From a virus: a DNA stretch of 64,000 nt. Made by a program: the position numbers and the translations under genes. The stretch is from the IMG/VR virus record IMGVR_UViG_3300050821_006672, positions 1-64,000 of that record. One strand, 5' to 3'. Numbering within the stretch: the stretch's first letter is position 1; every line of letters starts with the position of its first letter. The notes below the pieces were generated by a model. It saw nothing but the letters and a program-made list of their open reading frames with translations. It was not told the origin of the DNA and did no database searches. Shown here piece by piece: positions 35,889-43,674 of this stretch.

Positions 35889-36358
35889 TTCGTGGTCTCC
35901 TGTCTGACGATAAGCTTGAGTAATCCAGCTTTCGCATATCCGGGGAAGTTCTGGTCGATCACAGCAGGAATACGGTTCAGATTGCGTAGTAAGGTATTCC
36001 CTGTGGTTGGCACACGTTGGCGGGTCATATATTGCCATAACAGGTCAATTGCAGTTGTGAGTAATGCTTCTTGCTCGAGGCGGGTACTGACGGCTTTCTC
36101 GGCGAATGAAATGGCCAGGTTGATCTTGTTAAGCTGCCCAGTCTTGTTGACTGCGAACTTTGGGCATTCGATCCCGCGGGCGTTGAGCACAGAACAAATC
36201 ACATTGACCACAATGTCTGGATCAAGGCCACCATTGACCTTCTTGACAACAGGCTGTGTAGACCCTTTCAAGGCTTTTATCCGTTGGTGTAATGCATCCA
36301 ATTCCCGGGCAGACAGGAACGGCAATTTGGAGATGATCTCATGTAAATCGGAACGCAT
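35885..36358 (-). CDS. hypothetical protein, first gene of the leftward replication operon
   Basis: 157 aa ORF. Confidence 0.6.
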   Translation of the reverse strand: MRSDLHEIISKLPFLSARELDALHQRIKALKGSTQPVVKKVNGGLDPDIVVNVICSVLNARGIECPKFAVNKTGQLNKINLAISFAEKAVSTRLEQEALLTTAIDLLWQYMTRQRVPTTGNTLLRNLNRIPAVIDQNFPGYAKAGLLKLIVRQETTK

Positions 36359-36449
36359 GCATCTTCTTCATACTACGTACAAATACAATACTACATGAGA
36401 GTAGCATAGCAGGCATACCTACCCTACCCGTATCCCCTCCCCTCCCGCA

Positions 36450-36491
36450 GTTTAAGTCTGCGTTTGACGTAGAGCGAAGGCAGACTTAAAC
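36450..36491. repeat. perfect 12-bp inverted repeat
   Basis: GTTTAAGTCTGC ... GCAGACTTAAAC. Confidence 0.7.
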
Positions 36492-36716
36492 GTATATTCG
36501 TAGCTCTTTATCCTGCGTTTATCGCTCCGCCATGTATCGGTGGCCAGCCGCCTCCCCACCCATTACGTATGCCGGGCCAGCATGAGGGGGTAGTACGGGA
36601 TTTACATCCCAGGAGCATTTATCCCTCAGGGCAAGCTACACCCAGTCGGGCCGTCGGGTTAACCGGCGCAGGTATGACTAGAATCTTTGATGGGATGTTT
36701 ATGGGCTTTGGAGGGG

Positions 36717-36745
36717 TTGCAACCAGGAACTCAATCGACTATAAG
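36717..36745 (+). promoter_or_regulatory. sigma-70-like promoter for the candidate sRNA
   Basis: TTGCAA-17-TATAAG. Confidence 0.5.
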
Positions 36746-36751
36746 CCGGGT

Positions 36752-36827
36752 TCCGGTTGGATGCTCGCCGTCGGAAGCTCCATCCAATCAGCCCCGGCAA
36801 GGTCACTCTTGGCCGGGGCATCTTTTT
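36752..36827 (+). ncRNA. candidate ~75-nt antisense sRNA
   Basis: Promoter, then hairpin GGTTGGATG/CATCCAATC, then terminator. Confidence 0.45.
36791..36827 (+). terminator. Rho-independent terminator
   Basis: GCCCCGGC...GCCGGGGC followed by ATCTTTTT. Confidence 0.7.
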
Positions 36828-36868
36828 GTATAGACCCAAATTGATTTGTCGACAACCCTCTGTATGAT
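36827..36868. promoter_or_regulatory. overlapping divergent promoters
   Basis: Leftward TTGTCG-17-TATACA (36855-36827); rightward TTGATT-16-TATGAT (36841-36868); palindrome TTGTCGACAA at 36846-36855. Confidence 0.45.
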
Positions 36869-36896
36869 AGTCATGAATTCAATGGGAGGTTGATAG

Positions 36897-37190
36897 ATGT
36901 ATTCCTTGACCAATGTTCCCAAGAAATCCGACGATCTCGAAATCAAAGGCATCGTTGATGGTGAGAACATCCGCATTGTTTGTGCTAAGCGCCACGCAGA
37001 TGCTAATGATGATTGGTTAGGTATGGCGGATAGCTATCTAGGTGACCACATGCTCACGAAACCCGCTGCTTTGCGTAAGATGTATGCAGACGATTTGGTG
37101 ACTGCTATTCGTCTGGCCCGTGATGCCGGTTATGCACAAGCCCAACACGACATTCGTTTGGCGTTGGGCATTTCTCGTGAAAGGATTTAA
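36897..37190 (+). CDS. hypothetical protein
   Basis: GGAGG RBS. Confidence 0.6.
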   Translation: MYSLTNVPKKSDDLEIKGIVDGENIRIVCAKRHADANDDWLGMADSYLGDHMLTKPAALRKMYADDLVTAIRLARDAGYAQAQHDIRLALGISRERI

Positions 37191-37192
37191 CC

Positions 37193-37651
37193 ATGGACCT
37201 TTCAGAACTCACCCAACTCGGCAGTGTCAGCGAAATCCCTGAGTCGCCGGATAGAGCAGTCATCGAGATCGTCAACAACCCTTATCCGCAGTTGCCCTAC
37301 ACGTGTCGGTTCACCTGTCCTGAAATGACCTCTTTGTGCCCACGGACGGGTGCTCCCGACTTCGCAACGATCGTCATCGACTACCAACCCAAAGAGTTCC
37401 TGATCGAATCCAAATCCCTCAAACTGTTCATCGCGTCGTTTCGCAATCACAGAGGCTTCCATGAAGTCTGTACCGTCATGATCTGTGATCGCCTCTATCA
37501 AGCAGTTTCACCATGTTGGATTCGTGTCGTCGGTATGTGGATGCCGAGGGGCGGAATTCCTATCGACGTTGTGATCGAGGTCGGTTGTCCTGAAGGCGAT
37601 CAGCTTCCTCCCGAGATGCCAATCGACCTTCGTGCTTATCGGGCAAGGTGA
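37193..37651 (+). CDS. queF: NADPH-dependent preQ0 reductase (preQ1 synthase), unimodular
   Basis: [15 protein letters not shown], QueF motif [16 protein letters not shown]. Confidence 0.92.
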   Translation: MDLSELTQLGSVSEIPESPDRAVIEIVNNPYPQLPYTCRFTCPEMTSLCPRTGAPDFATIVIDYQPKEFLIESKSLKLFIASFRNHRGFHEVCTVMICDRLYQAVSPCWIRVVGMWMPRGGIPIDVVIEVGCPEGDQLPPEMPIDLRAYRAR

Positions 37652-37654
37652 GAT

Positions 37655-37954
37655 ATGGCCAACATTGCGGAGTTGATCACACAGATTGAAACTTTTCTGG
37701 AAGATGCTGATCGTTTCGAACTTGCTGATGACAGTGTGGTTGATATCTGGCCGGCTACTAGAGCACTGGATGAGTTGAAACTCGTCCTCGCCGCGCAGGC
37801 GCAGGAGATCGAGCGGCTAAGAGACGCACTAGAGGCCTGTCGCCAACATGTCCGGCATCACAACAATTCGGGAAGTTGGTGGAACGATCCAATAGTTTGG
37901 AAATTAATGCGAGAGAAAATTGACCCAGCACTTGGAATAGAGACGCGAGAATGA
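37655..37954 (+). CDS. hypothetical protein
   Basis: ORF in operon. Confidence 0.55.
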   Translation: MANIAELITQIETFLEDADRFELADDSVVDIWPATRALDELKLVLAAQAQEIERLRDALEACRQHVRHHNNSGSWWNDPIVWKLMREKIDPALGIETRE

Positions 37955-38871
37955 CTCTATCATTCGGGGCAGAGCACGAGTGGGCCGACTTCCCACTCGA
38001 TGGGGTATTTCCTTATGGATTCAAGCATAACAAGAAAGATCACACCGTCGTCAATTCTAATGGCATTGCCAATGACCCGTCTGGTAGGCTCTACAAGTTT
38101 GGTGGTGAGATCAATTCCCCACCGACAGATTCGATAGGCGATCAACTCGACATCACCGAGAGATTAATTGACTACTTGGACATGGCGAAAGTGAACTATC
38201 GCTCCAACTTGCATATTCATCTACGTGTTCCCGGGTTGCGTGATGATCTTGCCATGCTCAAACAGGTCCAGAGATACACTCACACGAACATGCCTGCCGC
38301 GTTGCAACTCATCGAGCCCATTCCCAAGCCTTCTCATCGGGACAAACAATTCGAGAATCATTTCCAAGCTTACGAAGGTGCTCTGCGCCGCTACAAACGC
38401 AGGTGCGTCAGTCATCACACGTTGCTGACGCCTAAACGTCTGGCCTACCAACTCGAGGCCAGGACATGCGATGAGTTCTTCAGGCTAGAAGTTCCTGCCG
38501 CCCCCAATGGACGCGTGCTATGGCATCTCCAACCAAGACTGTGTGTGTCTTTGAGACAAATGCTGGAGACCGATACGATCGAGTTTAGGCATTGGCCGGG
38601 TACGCTTGATATAGACGAGTTATCGACATGTTTCCAATGGTGCAAACGTTTCATCATTGCGGCGATGAATGATCGGCCTATACTCGACTTGTTGGCATGG
38701 GCCAGGAAACAAACGTTCCCGAAGTTCCCGGATTACGTCCACTGGATGGAGTTACGTTATCGTGCCACGGTCCATGATGGGTCCCTGTCCAAGGACGAGA
38801 TCAAGCGTAATATCGCGAGAATACTCGATGGTAAGTTTGATGAACACGGAATAGGCGAGTCATTGCCATGA
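37951..38871 (+). CDS. putative amidoligase (COOH-NH2 ligase, glutamine synthetase/GCS2-like fold)
   Basis: SFGAEHEW, GGEINSPP, SNLHIH, TIEFRH. Confidence 0.75.
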   Translation: MTLSFGAEHEWADFPLDGVFPYGFKHNKKDHTVVNSNGIANDPSGRLYKFGGEINSPPTDSIGDQLDITERLIDYLDMAKVNYRSNLHIHLRVPGLRDDLAMLKQVQRYTHTNMPAALQLIEPIPKPSHRDKQFENHFQAYEGALRRYKRRCVSHHTLLTPKRLAYQLEARTCDEFFRLEVPAAPNGRVLWHLQPRLCVSLRQMLETDTIEFRHWPGTLDIDELSTCFQWCKRFIIAAMNDRPILDLLAWARKQTFPKFPDYVHWMELRYRATVHDGSLSKDEIKRNIARILDGKFDEHGIGESLP

Positions 38872-39320
38872 ACATCCTCGTTGTCTGCCTTGGTAACATC
38901 TGGCGCTCGCCATTGTGCGCAGCGGTCCTGTCACGTGAAAAAGGATTAAGTGTCAAGTCCGTGGCGTTCCTCAAAGGAGGCAGGCGTGCCGCTCCCGGTG
39001 CGAGAGATTATGCACAAAACAAATTGAACGTGGACCTATCCGAACACCGCTCGCAGCAGATTACCGCGGCTGACATTGGCTGGGCCGATATCATAGTATG
39101 TATGAACGAAAGGCACATTCAACGTTTGAAGGCACTCGTCCCGCGTAAACAACTGTGGTGGGTGCGTAATCTCGGGGATTACGCCGATCCTGTAAGATCG
39201 TCAATTCCCGATCCCAACTTCATCTCTGATCCGATCCGCCTTGCGAAAACGTTGGATTTGATCTACAAGGCGTCTACCAACTTGGGAAGGCAACTCGTAG
39301 CCAAGACGGTGTCAAAATGA
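38868..39320 (+). CDS. low-molecular-weight phosphatase (LMW-PTP/ArsC fold)
   Basis: VCLGNIWRSP (CX5R), ADIIVCM, IPDP. Confidence 0.85.
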   Translation: MNILVVCLGNIWRSPLCAAVLSREKGLSVKSVAFLKGGRRAAPGARDYAQNKLNVDLSEHRSQQITAADIGWADIIVCMNERHIQRLKALVPRKQLWWVRNLGDYADPVRSSIPDPNFISDPIRLAKTLDLIYKASTNLGRQLVAKTVSK

Positions 39321-39514
39321 CCGTCGTTATTTTCCGTGATGTTCAGATTGGTGATATGATCTTGGCTATTCGAGCAGCAAAATGGTTGTTGGCGCAGGAC
39401 CTAGGTCAGAAAGATGCTATACTGGCTTATGGTAAAGGTGATGATGAGAAAAGCTTCTATGTCAAACGCAACAAAAGCAGCATTACGGTGAGGTCGTGCT
39501 CCCGATCTTTGTGA
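39317..39514 (+). CDS. hypothetical protein
   Basis: Coupled ORF. Confidence 0.5.
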   Translation: MTVVIFRDVQIGDMILAIRAAKWLLAQDLGQKDAILAYGKGDDEKSFYVKRNKSSITVRSCSRSL

Positions 39515-40239
39515 ACGAGATATTTGGCCCAACTATCCAAGGCGAGGGTCCGTCAGCGGGAATGCCTTGCATGTTCTTGCGGACAGCATACTGCAATTTA
39601 TCTTGCCGGTGGTGTGACACCCCCTACACGTGGAATTGGATTGGTTCGGCGCCAGGAAATCATCCAGACAAGTTCATTCGTGAGAATGAAGTTCATAAGA
39701 TGACGGTTGATGAGGTGCTTACCCAGTTGGGGGAAGTTTCAACTTCAACAATAAGAGTACTTCCTCCTGTTCGTTCTTTGGTGATCTCGGGTGGAGAACC
39801 TATGCTGCAACAGCGCCGACTCATGCCTGTAGTTAGTATGTTGGTGATGGCAGGTTGGTGGATCGAGATCGAGACAAATGGGGCGGTCATGCCCATCGCG
39901 GCATTCACGGGGATGTTGGATCAGATCAATTGCTCCCCCAAGTTGTCCAACTCAGGAGACTCGCTAGAGCGGCGAATCAAAGAAGGACCATTGCAGGCTC
40001 TTGCGAAGGACGATAAGACAATCTTCAAGTTCGTAGTAGGCTCGGAGCCGGACCTGGATGAGGTCAATGCATTGGTCAGACAGTTCTGTATGAGGAACGT
40101 GTGGCTCATGCCGCAGGCGCGGACCAAGGAAGAGTTGGAGAAGAACTATCCGTTGGTCTGTGCATGGGGGAAGCAACTCGGGTACAATGTGAGTTCGCGT
40201 AAGCACATTGAATTGTGGGGGTCAAAACGGGGTGTTTGA
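39496..40239 (+). CDS. queE: 7-carboxy-7-deazaguanine synthase (radical SAM)
   Basis: EIFGPTIQGEG, CNLSCRWCDT, SGGEP, ETNG, CSPK. Confidence 0.93.
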   Translation: MLPIFVNEIFGPTIQGEGPSAGMPCMFLRTAYCNLSCRWCDTPYTWNWIGSAPGNHPDKFIRENEVHKMTVDEVLTQLGEVSTSTIRVLPPVRSLVISGGEPMLQQRRLMPVVSMLVMAGWWIEIETNGAVMPIAAFTGMLDQINCSPKLSNSGDSLERRIKEGPLQALAKDDKTIFKFVVGSEPDLDEVNALVRQFCMRNVWLMPQARTKEELEKNYPLVCAWGKQLGYNVSSRKHIELWGSKRGV

Positions 40240-40433
40240 TGGCAGGATTACTTGAGCCACAAAGACTTGACTACTGTAATTGGTATTACGAATACCCGAC
40301 GTATATGCTACTTGTTCATGAGGTAAGGGATAAAAAGGGCAAGCTGCTCACTACTGATAGCATTAAAATTCAGTGGCGTAAGATTCAGGCTTCATTGAAG
40401 CGCAGTTACAAGCCTAAGAGAAAGCCGCGTTGA
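40239..40433 (+). CDS. hypothetical protein
   Basis: Coupled ORF. Confidence 0.5.
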   Translation: MAGLLEPQRLDYCNWYYEYPTYMLLVHEVRDKKGKLLTTDSIKIQWRKIQASLKRSYKPKRKPR

Positions 40434-40439
40434 AGCCTC

Positions 40440-40468
40440 TTGCAATTTTATTGCGCATCCTCTATTGT
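40440..40468 (+). promoter_or_regulatory. sigma-70-like promoter for the NusG paralogue
   Basis: TTGCAA-17-TATTGT, 9 nt before ATG 40478. Confidence 0.45.
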
Positions 40469-40477
40469 ATTCGACCC

Positions 40478-40969
40478 ATGACAGGCGGACGTTGGATAGT
40501 CGCGGTCACACAACCCAACCGGGAGGGCTGGGCACTCGAAAATATCGAGCGCCAGTCCTACAAATATTACTTCCCGCAAGTAGCCGAACGCGTCAAGACA
40601 TCCCGACATTTGATGGAGTTCCGTGCCCGCCCATTATTTCCCAGACACGTGTTTGTCTACATTGAAGACAAGTGGCATTCGCTCCTGAGTACATTTGGTG
40701 TCAGGAGTATTATTATGTTCGGAGGCAATGTCGCTGTCGTTCCAGAGCGCGACATACAAAGAGTCCGTGCCATGGAAGATCAGATGGGATTGGTAATACT
40801 TCCCAGACTCCGTGAAGGTCAAGAGGTAATCCTCAAACGTGGAGCCTTCTCAGGCCAACGCGGTATCTACCAGGGTCAAAGTTCGAAAGATCGTTGTAAA
40901 GTGTTGCTTGCTTACCTGGGTCGTGTAGTTCCGGTTTTGGTTGATAGTGACATACTCAAAGCAGCTTGA
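40478..40969 (+). CDS. NusG/RfaH-family transcription antiterminator
   Basis: WIVAVTQPNRE, RPLFPRHVFV, STFGV, KOW-like GQEVILKRGAFSG. Confidence 0.85.
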   Translation: MTGGRWIVAVTQPNREGWALENIERQSYKYYFPQVAERVKTSRHLMEFRARPLFPRHVFVYIEDKWHSLLSTFGVRSIIMFGGNVAVVPERDIQRVRAMEDQMGLVILPRLREGQEVILKRGAFSGQRGIYQGQSSKDRCKVLLAYLGRVVPVLVDSDILKAA

Positions 40970-41240
40970 GTATGATAAGATGCAAGGGGCACCAAACGTC
41001 GGCCCTTGACTGCCCAGCAACCGATTAGGTGCCTAAGCTGGGAATAGTAAGATCGGTCAAGGCCGCCGCGGTCAGGCCTAGCAGTTCTAATAGAACTGCC
41101 CTTGCTGAGGAGGCGTTATCCCAGCACCCGGACGGTAGTGCACCTTCAAAGTAGAGATGTGGGCTGGCCAGACAGGACATACGCCGATGCGCGCAGGGTT
41201 TGGCGACGACGCAGCCCACATCTGTACTTTGGGATGAAAA

Positions 41241-41465
41241 GTGGGAATCCTGATTACGGGTCTCAACAAAGGCCCCTACCCGCGTAAGAGTTGGATCATT
41301 CTAACTTGTGATGCACGCCACTCTGGATTTCTTGGCGTACCAAATCAGAGATTTGATCAGGACGGCTTCATCAAACAGTATTCTGCCGCGATGAAAGCGG
41401 GTTGGAAAGACACATTTCGTAATGGTGACCGTGTATTTCTTTGTCCCGGTTGTTCAGGAAAATGA
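41241..41465 (+). CDS. small zinc-ribbon-like protein
   Basis: TCD...AGW...FLCPGC. Confidence 0.5.
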   Translation: MGILITGLNKGPYPRKSWIILTCDARHSGFLGVPNQRFDQDGFIKQYSAAMKAGWKDTFRNGDRVFLCPGCSGK

Positions 41466-41468
41466 GAG

Positions 41469-42116
41469 ATGGTGAATACGTTCCGTCCAATTCGAGAGCG
41501 TGCAGAGCTGTTGCTTGTTAAGCAAGCCTTGGCCATCAAGGCCGGTTGTGTTTACGCCTTATGCGATAGTAAAGGCTACGCATTCTACGTTGGCAAGACG
41601 ATACGCCCAAAGCGGCGATTTGCTGAACATGTATGGTCTTTGAAAGGAGGTCATGCGAACGTTGCCTTGCACAAGAAGGTAACGGAGCTTGGTGATGATA
41701 TTCGTGTTGCCATATTGACTTACGGTCGGACATCAGAGGAATTAAATAAGTTAGAAAGAGAGAACATTGCCCGCCGTCCCTGGACATTGAATTTGATTGG
41801 AGCGGATCATTGGGCATGGAGTTCCCGTCATGACACCAAGCCTTGGATGGCGGGTACTGGGGTACGAATGCCGTCTCAGTTACTTTTAGAGGGTTGCAGT
41901 AAAGGTTTTCGACAATTCGTTGCTCGTGACCTAAAAAGAATGAATGATGTCGATCGCTGTCGTATGGAAATTGGTATTTTTCAGAAGCTACCATTTTTTA
42001 GACAGAAAAGAGCAGAGAAGTGGTATGCTATAGTATATTGGAAACTCCTTAAATTTGTGGAAGCGGCTGCTAAAGCAGGTATTGGTTATGGCCCAATCAT
42101 TGTTTCTGGGAACTGA
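41469..42116 (+). CDS. GIY-YIG endonuclease-like protein
   Basis: CVYAL...FYVGKT...RRFAEH...LE...N. Confidence 0.7.
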   Translation: MVNTFRPIRERAELLLVKQALAIKAGCVYALCDSKGYAFYVGKTIRPKRRFAEHVWSLKGGHANVALHKKVTELGDDIRVAILTYGRTSEELNKLERENIARRPWTLNLIGADHWAWSSRHDTKPWMAGTGVRMPSQLLLEGCSKGFRQFVARDLKRMNDVDRCRMEIGIFQKLPFFRQKRAEKWYAIVYWKLLKFVEAAAKAGIGYGPIIVSGN

Positions 42117-42120
42117 TACC

Positions 42121-42687
42121 ATGGCGGCTCCGAAAGGGAATAAGTTCGCCGTTGGCAATCGTGGTGGTAGTGGTCATCCGTCACAGTATAAGCCGGCTTA
42201 CGCAGATCAAGCTAAAAAAGCCTGTGAGGCCGGCTTCACTGATAGTGAGTTGAGTCAGTTGTTTGGTGTGTCAGAAATGACTATCAATAATTGGAAGTTG
42301 GCTCATAAAGACTTTGCTTTAGCCCTAAACGCTGGAAAGGGTGTTGCTGACAGCCGCGTCGAGCGCAAGTTATATGAGAGAGCTTGCGGATTTTGGGTCA
42401 AGACTGAAAGGTTGTTTGTGCTCAAGGAAGATACCCTCGATAAGAGGGGGAAGGTTGTTGGATCGAAGCAATACGTGCATCACGAGCCAACAAAAGACTA
42501 TTATCCTCCAGAGGTAAGTGCCATGATATGGTGGCAGAAGAACCGCCAGCCCGATAAGTGGCGAGACAAGCACGAGATCGACGGCACGATCCGCAATGAG
42601 CATGTCTTCACCTTCAATATATTTGAGAACGATCTAAGCGCCGGTATGAAGACGATAGAAGGTAAGAAATCGGAGCGCAGACCGTGA
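42121..42687 (+). CDS. terminase small subunit
   Basis: MAAPKGNKFA, HTH, VERKLYERACG, WWQKNRQPDKWRDK. Confidence 0.85.
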   Translation: MAAPKGNKFAVGNRGGSGHPSQYKPAYADQAKKACEAGFTDSELSQLFGVSEMTINNWKLAHKDFALALNAGKGVADSRVERKLYERACGFWVKTERLFVLKEDTLDKRGKVVGSKQYVHHEPTKDYYPPEVSAMIWWQKNRQPDKWRDKHEIDGTIRNEHVFTFNIFENDLSAGMKTIEGKKSERRP

Positions 42688-42950
42688 GTGAATTTGAGCA
42701 GGACGCAAAACGCTGGCGTGAGTTCTGCCGCCTTGCATCGTTTCAGCGCGAGGGCTTCAACAGCCGCGACGAAGAGGGATTTACTATTCGTGTCAAGGTT
42801 CCATTGGATTGGGACTTATCGTTCGTCCAGGCAATTGATGCTTCGATAAGAGCGCAGATCGTGAAGAGGATTCTAAATGAAACTGTTGTGGTGGGAACAG
42901 ATAGGGCAGCAACTAGGCCGTCCGATGAAGATGCTGCCGCAGGAACTTGA
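42684..42950 (+). CDS. hypothetical protein
   Basis: Coupled ORF. Confidence 0.45.
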   Translation: MSEFEQDAKRWREFCRLASFQREGFNSRDEEGFTIRVKVPLDWDLSFVQAIDASIRAQIVKRILNETVVVGTDRAATRPSDEDAAAGT

Positions 42951-43083
42951 AAAGGGAGAGGCGCAGTTCAGGCGCTTCCTGGAAGATCAGGATCAGGCTT
43001 TCCAGATAGCGCTAGCCGATGCGGTGCGGAAGGGATTAGAGAATACGCCCAAGTGCCCGAGCCTCGACGAAATATTAAGCTAA
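42877..43083 (+). CDS. hypothetical protein
   Basis: GAGGA RBS. Confidence 0.4.
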   Translation: MKLLWWEQIGQQLGRPMKMLPQELEKGEAQFRRFLEDQDQAFQIALADAVRKGLENTPKCPSLDEILS

Positions 43084-43484
43084 ATCCGATGCGCGTCTTA
43101 GTCTGTGGGGGTCGCAATTTTAATAACAAGGATTTGGTTGTGCAAACTTTGAATGCGATAGCGGATGAGTTCGAGCTTTGGGCGCCTCCGGACGAATACG
43201 GCAATACGCTTCCTTTAGGCTTAACGATTATTGCTGGAGGGGCTTCTGGCGCCGATCGACTTGCTGCTGAATATGCCGCAGTAAATTGGGCGGGGTATAA
43301 GGAATTTCCTGCCGATTGGGTTAAGTATGGGCGATCGGCCGGTCCCGTCAGAAACCAGCAGATGCTGTTTGAAGGCAAGCCCGATATGGTTGTGGCTTTT
43401 CCAGGAGGACGGGGGACTGCCCATATGGTTACGGTAGCCCGACGAGCAGGCGTCCCCGTTCGTGAGATTGGGACCGATGGCTAG
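43053..43484 (+). CDS. SLOG/YspA-like (DUF2493) protein
   Basis: RVLVCGGRNF, GGASGAD, PADW, AGPVRN, AFPGGRGT; alternative start at ATG 43089. Confidence 0.8.
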   Translation: MPEPRRNIKLNPMRVLVCGGRNFNNKDLVVQTLNAIADEFELWAPPDEYGNTLPLGLTIIAGGASGADRLAAEYAAVNWAGYKEFPADWVKYGRSAGPVRNQQMLFEGKPDMVVAFPGGRGTAHMVTVARRAGVPVREIGTDG

Positions 43485-43674
43485 CGAAGCTGAGGTTGAG
43501 GCGGCTGCGAAGATTATTGAACGGCTTCTGCCTCGCGATCTTGGTCGTGCAAGGCAATATGCCTCTGCTGTTCTCGAAGCTGCCGAGCGAGTGCGTGAAG
43601 AAGAATTTGCCCGCAAGACTGATTGCGATGAAGCGACTGAGCGTGTTCGCAAGGTGCGCGCCAAGTTTGGTTAA
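43477..43674 (+). CDS. hypothetical protein
   Basis: Coupled ORF. Confidence 0.5.
   Translation: MASEAEVEAAAKIIERLLPRDLGRARQYASAVLEAAERVREEEFARKTDCDEATERVRKVRAKFG

Noticed and set aside
36569-36844. 91-aa + strand ORF
   Set aside because: No RBS, and it runs through a promoter and terminator; the regulatory reading is preferred.
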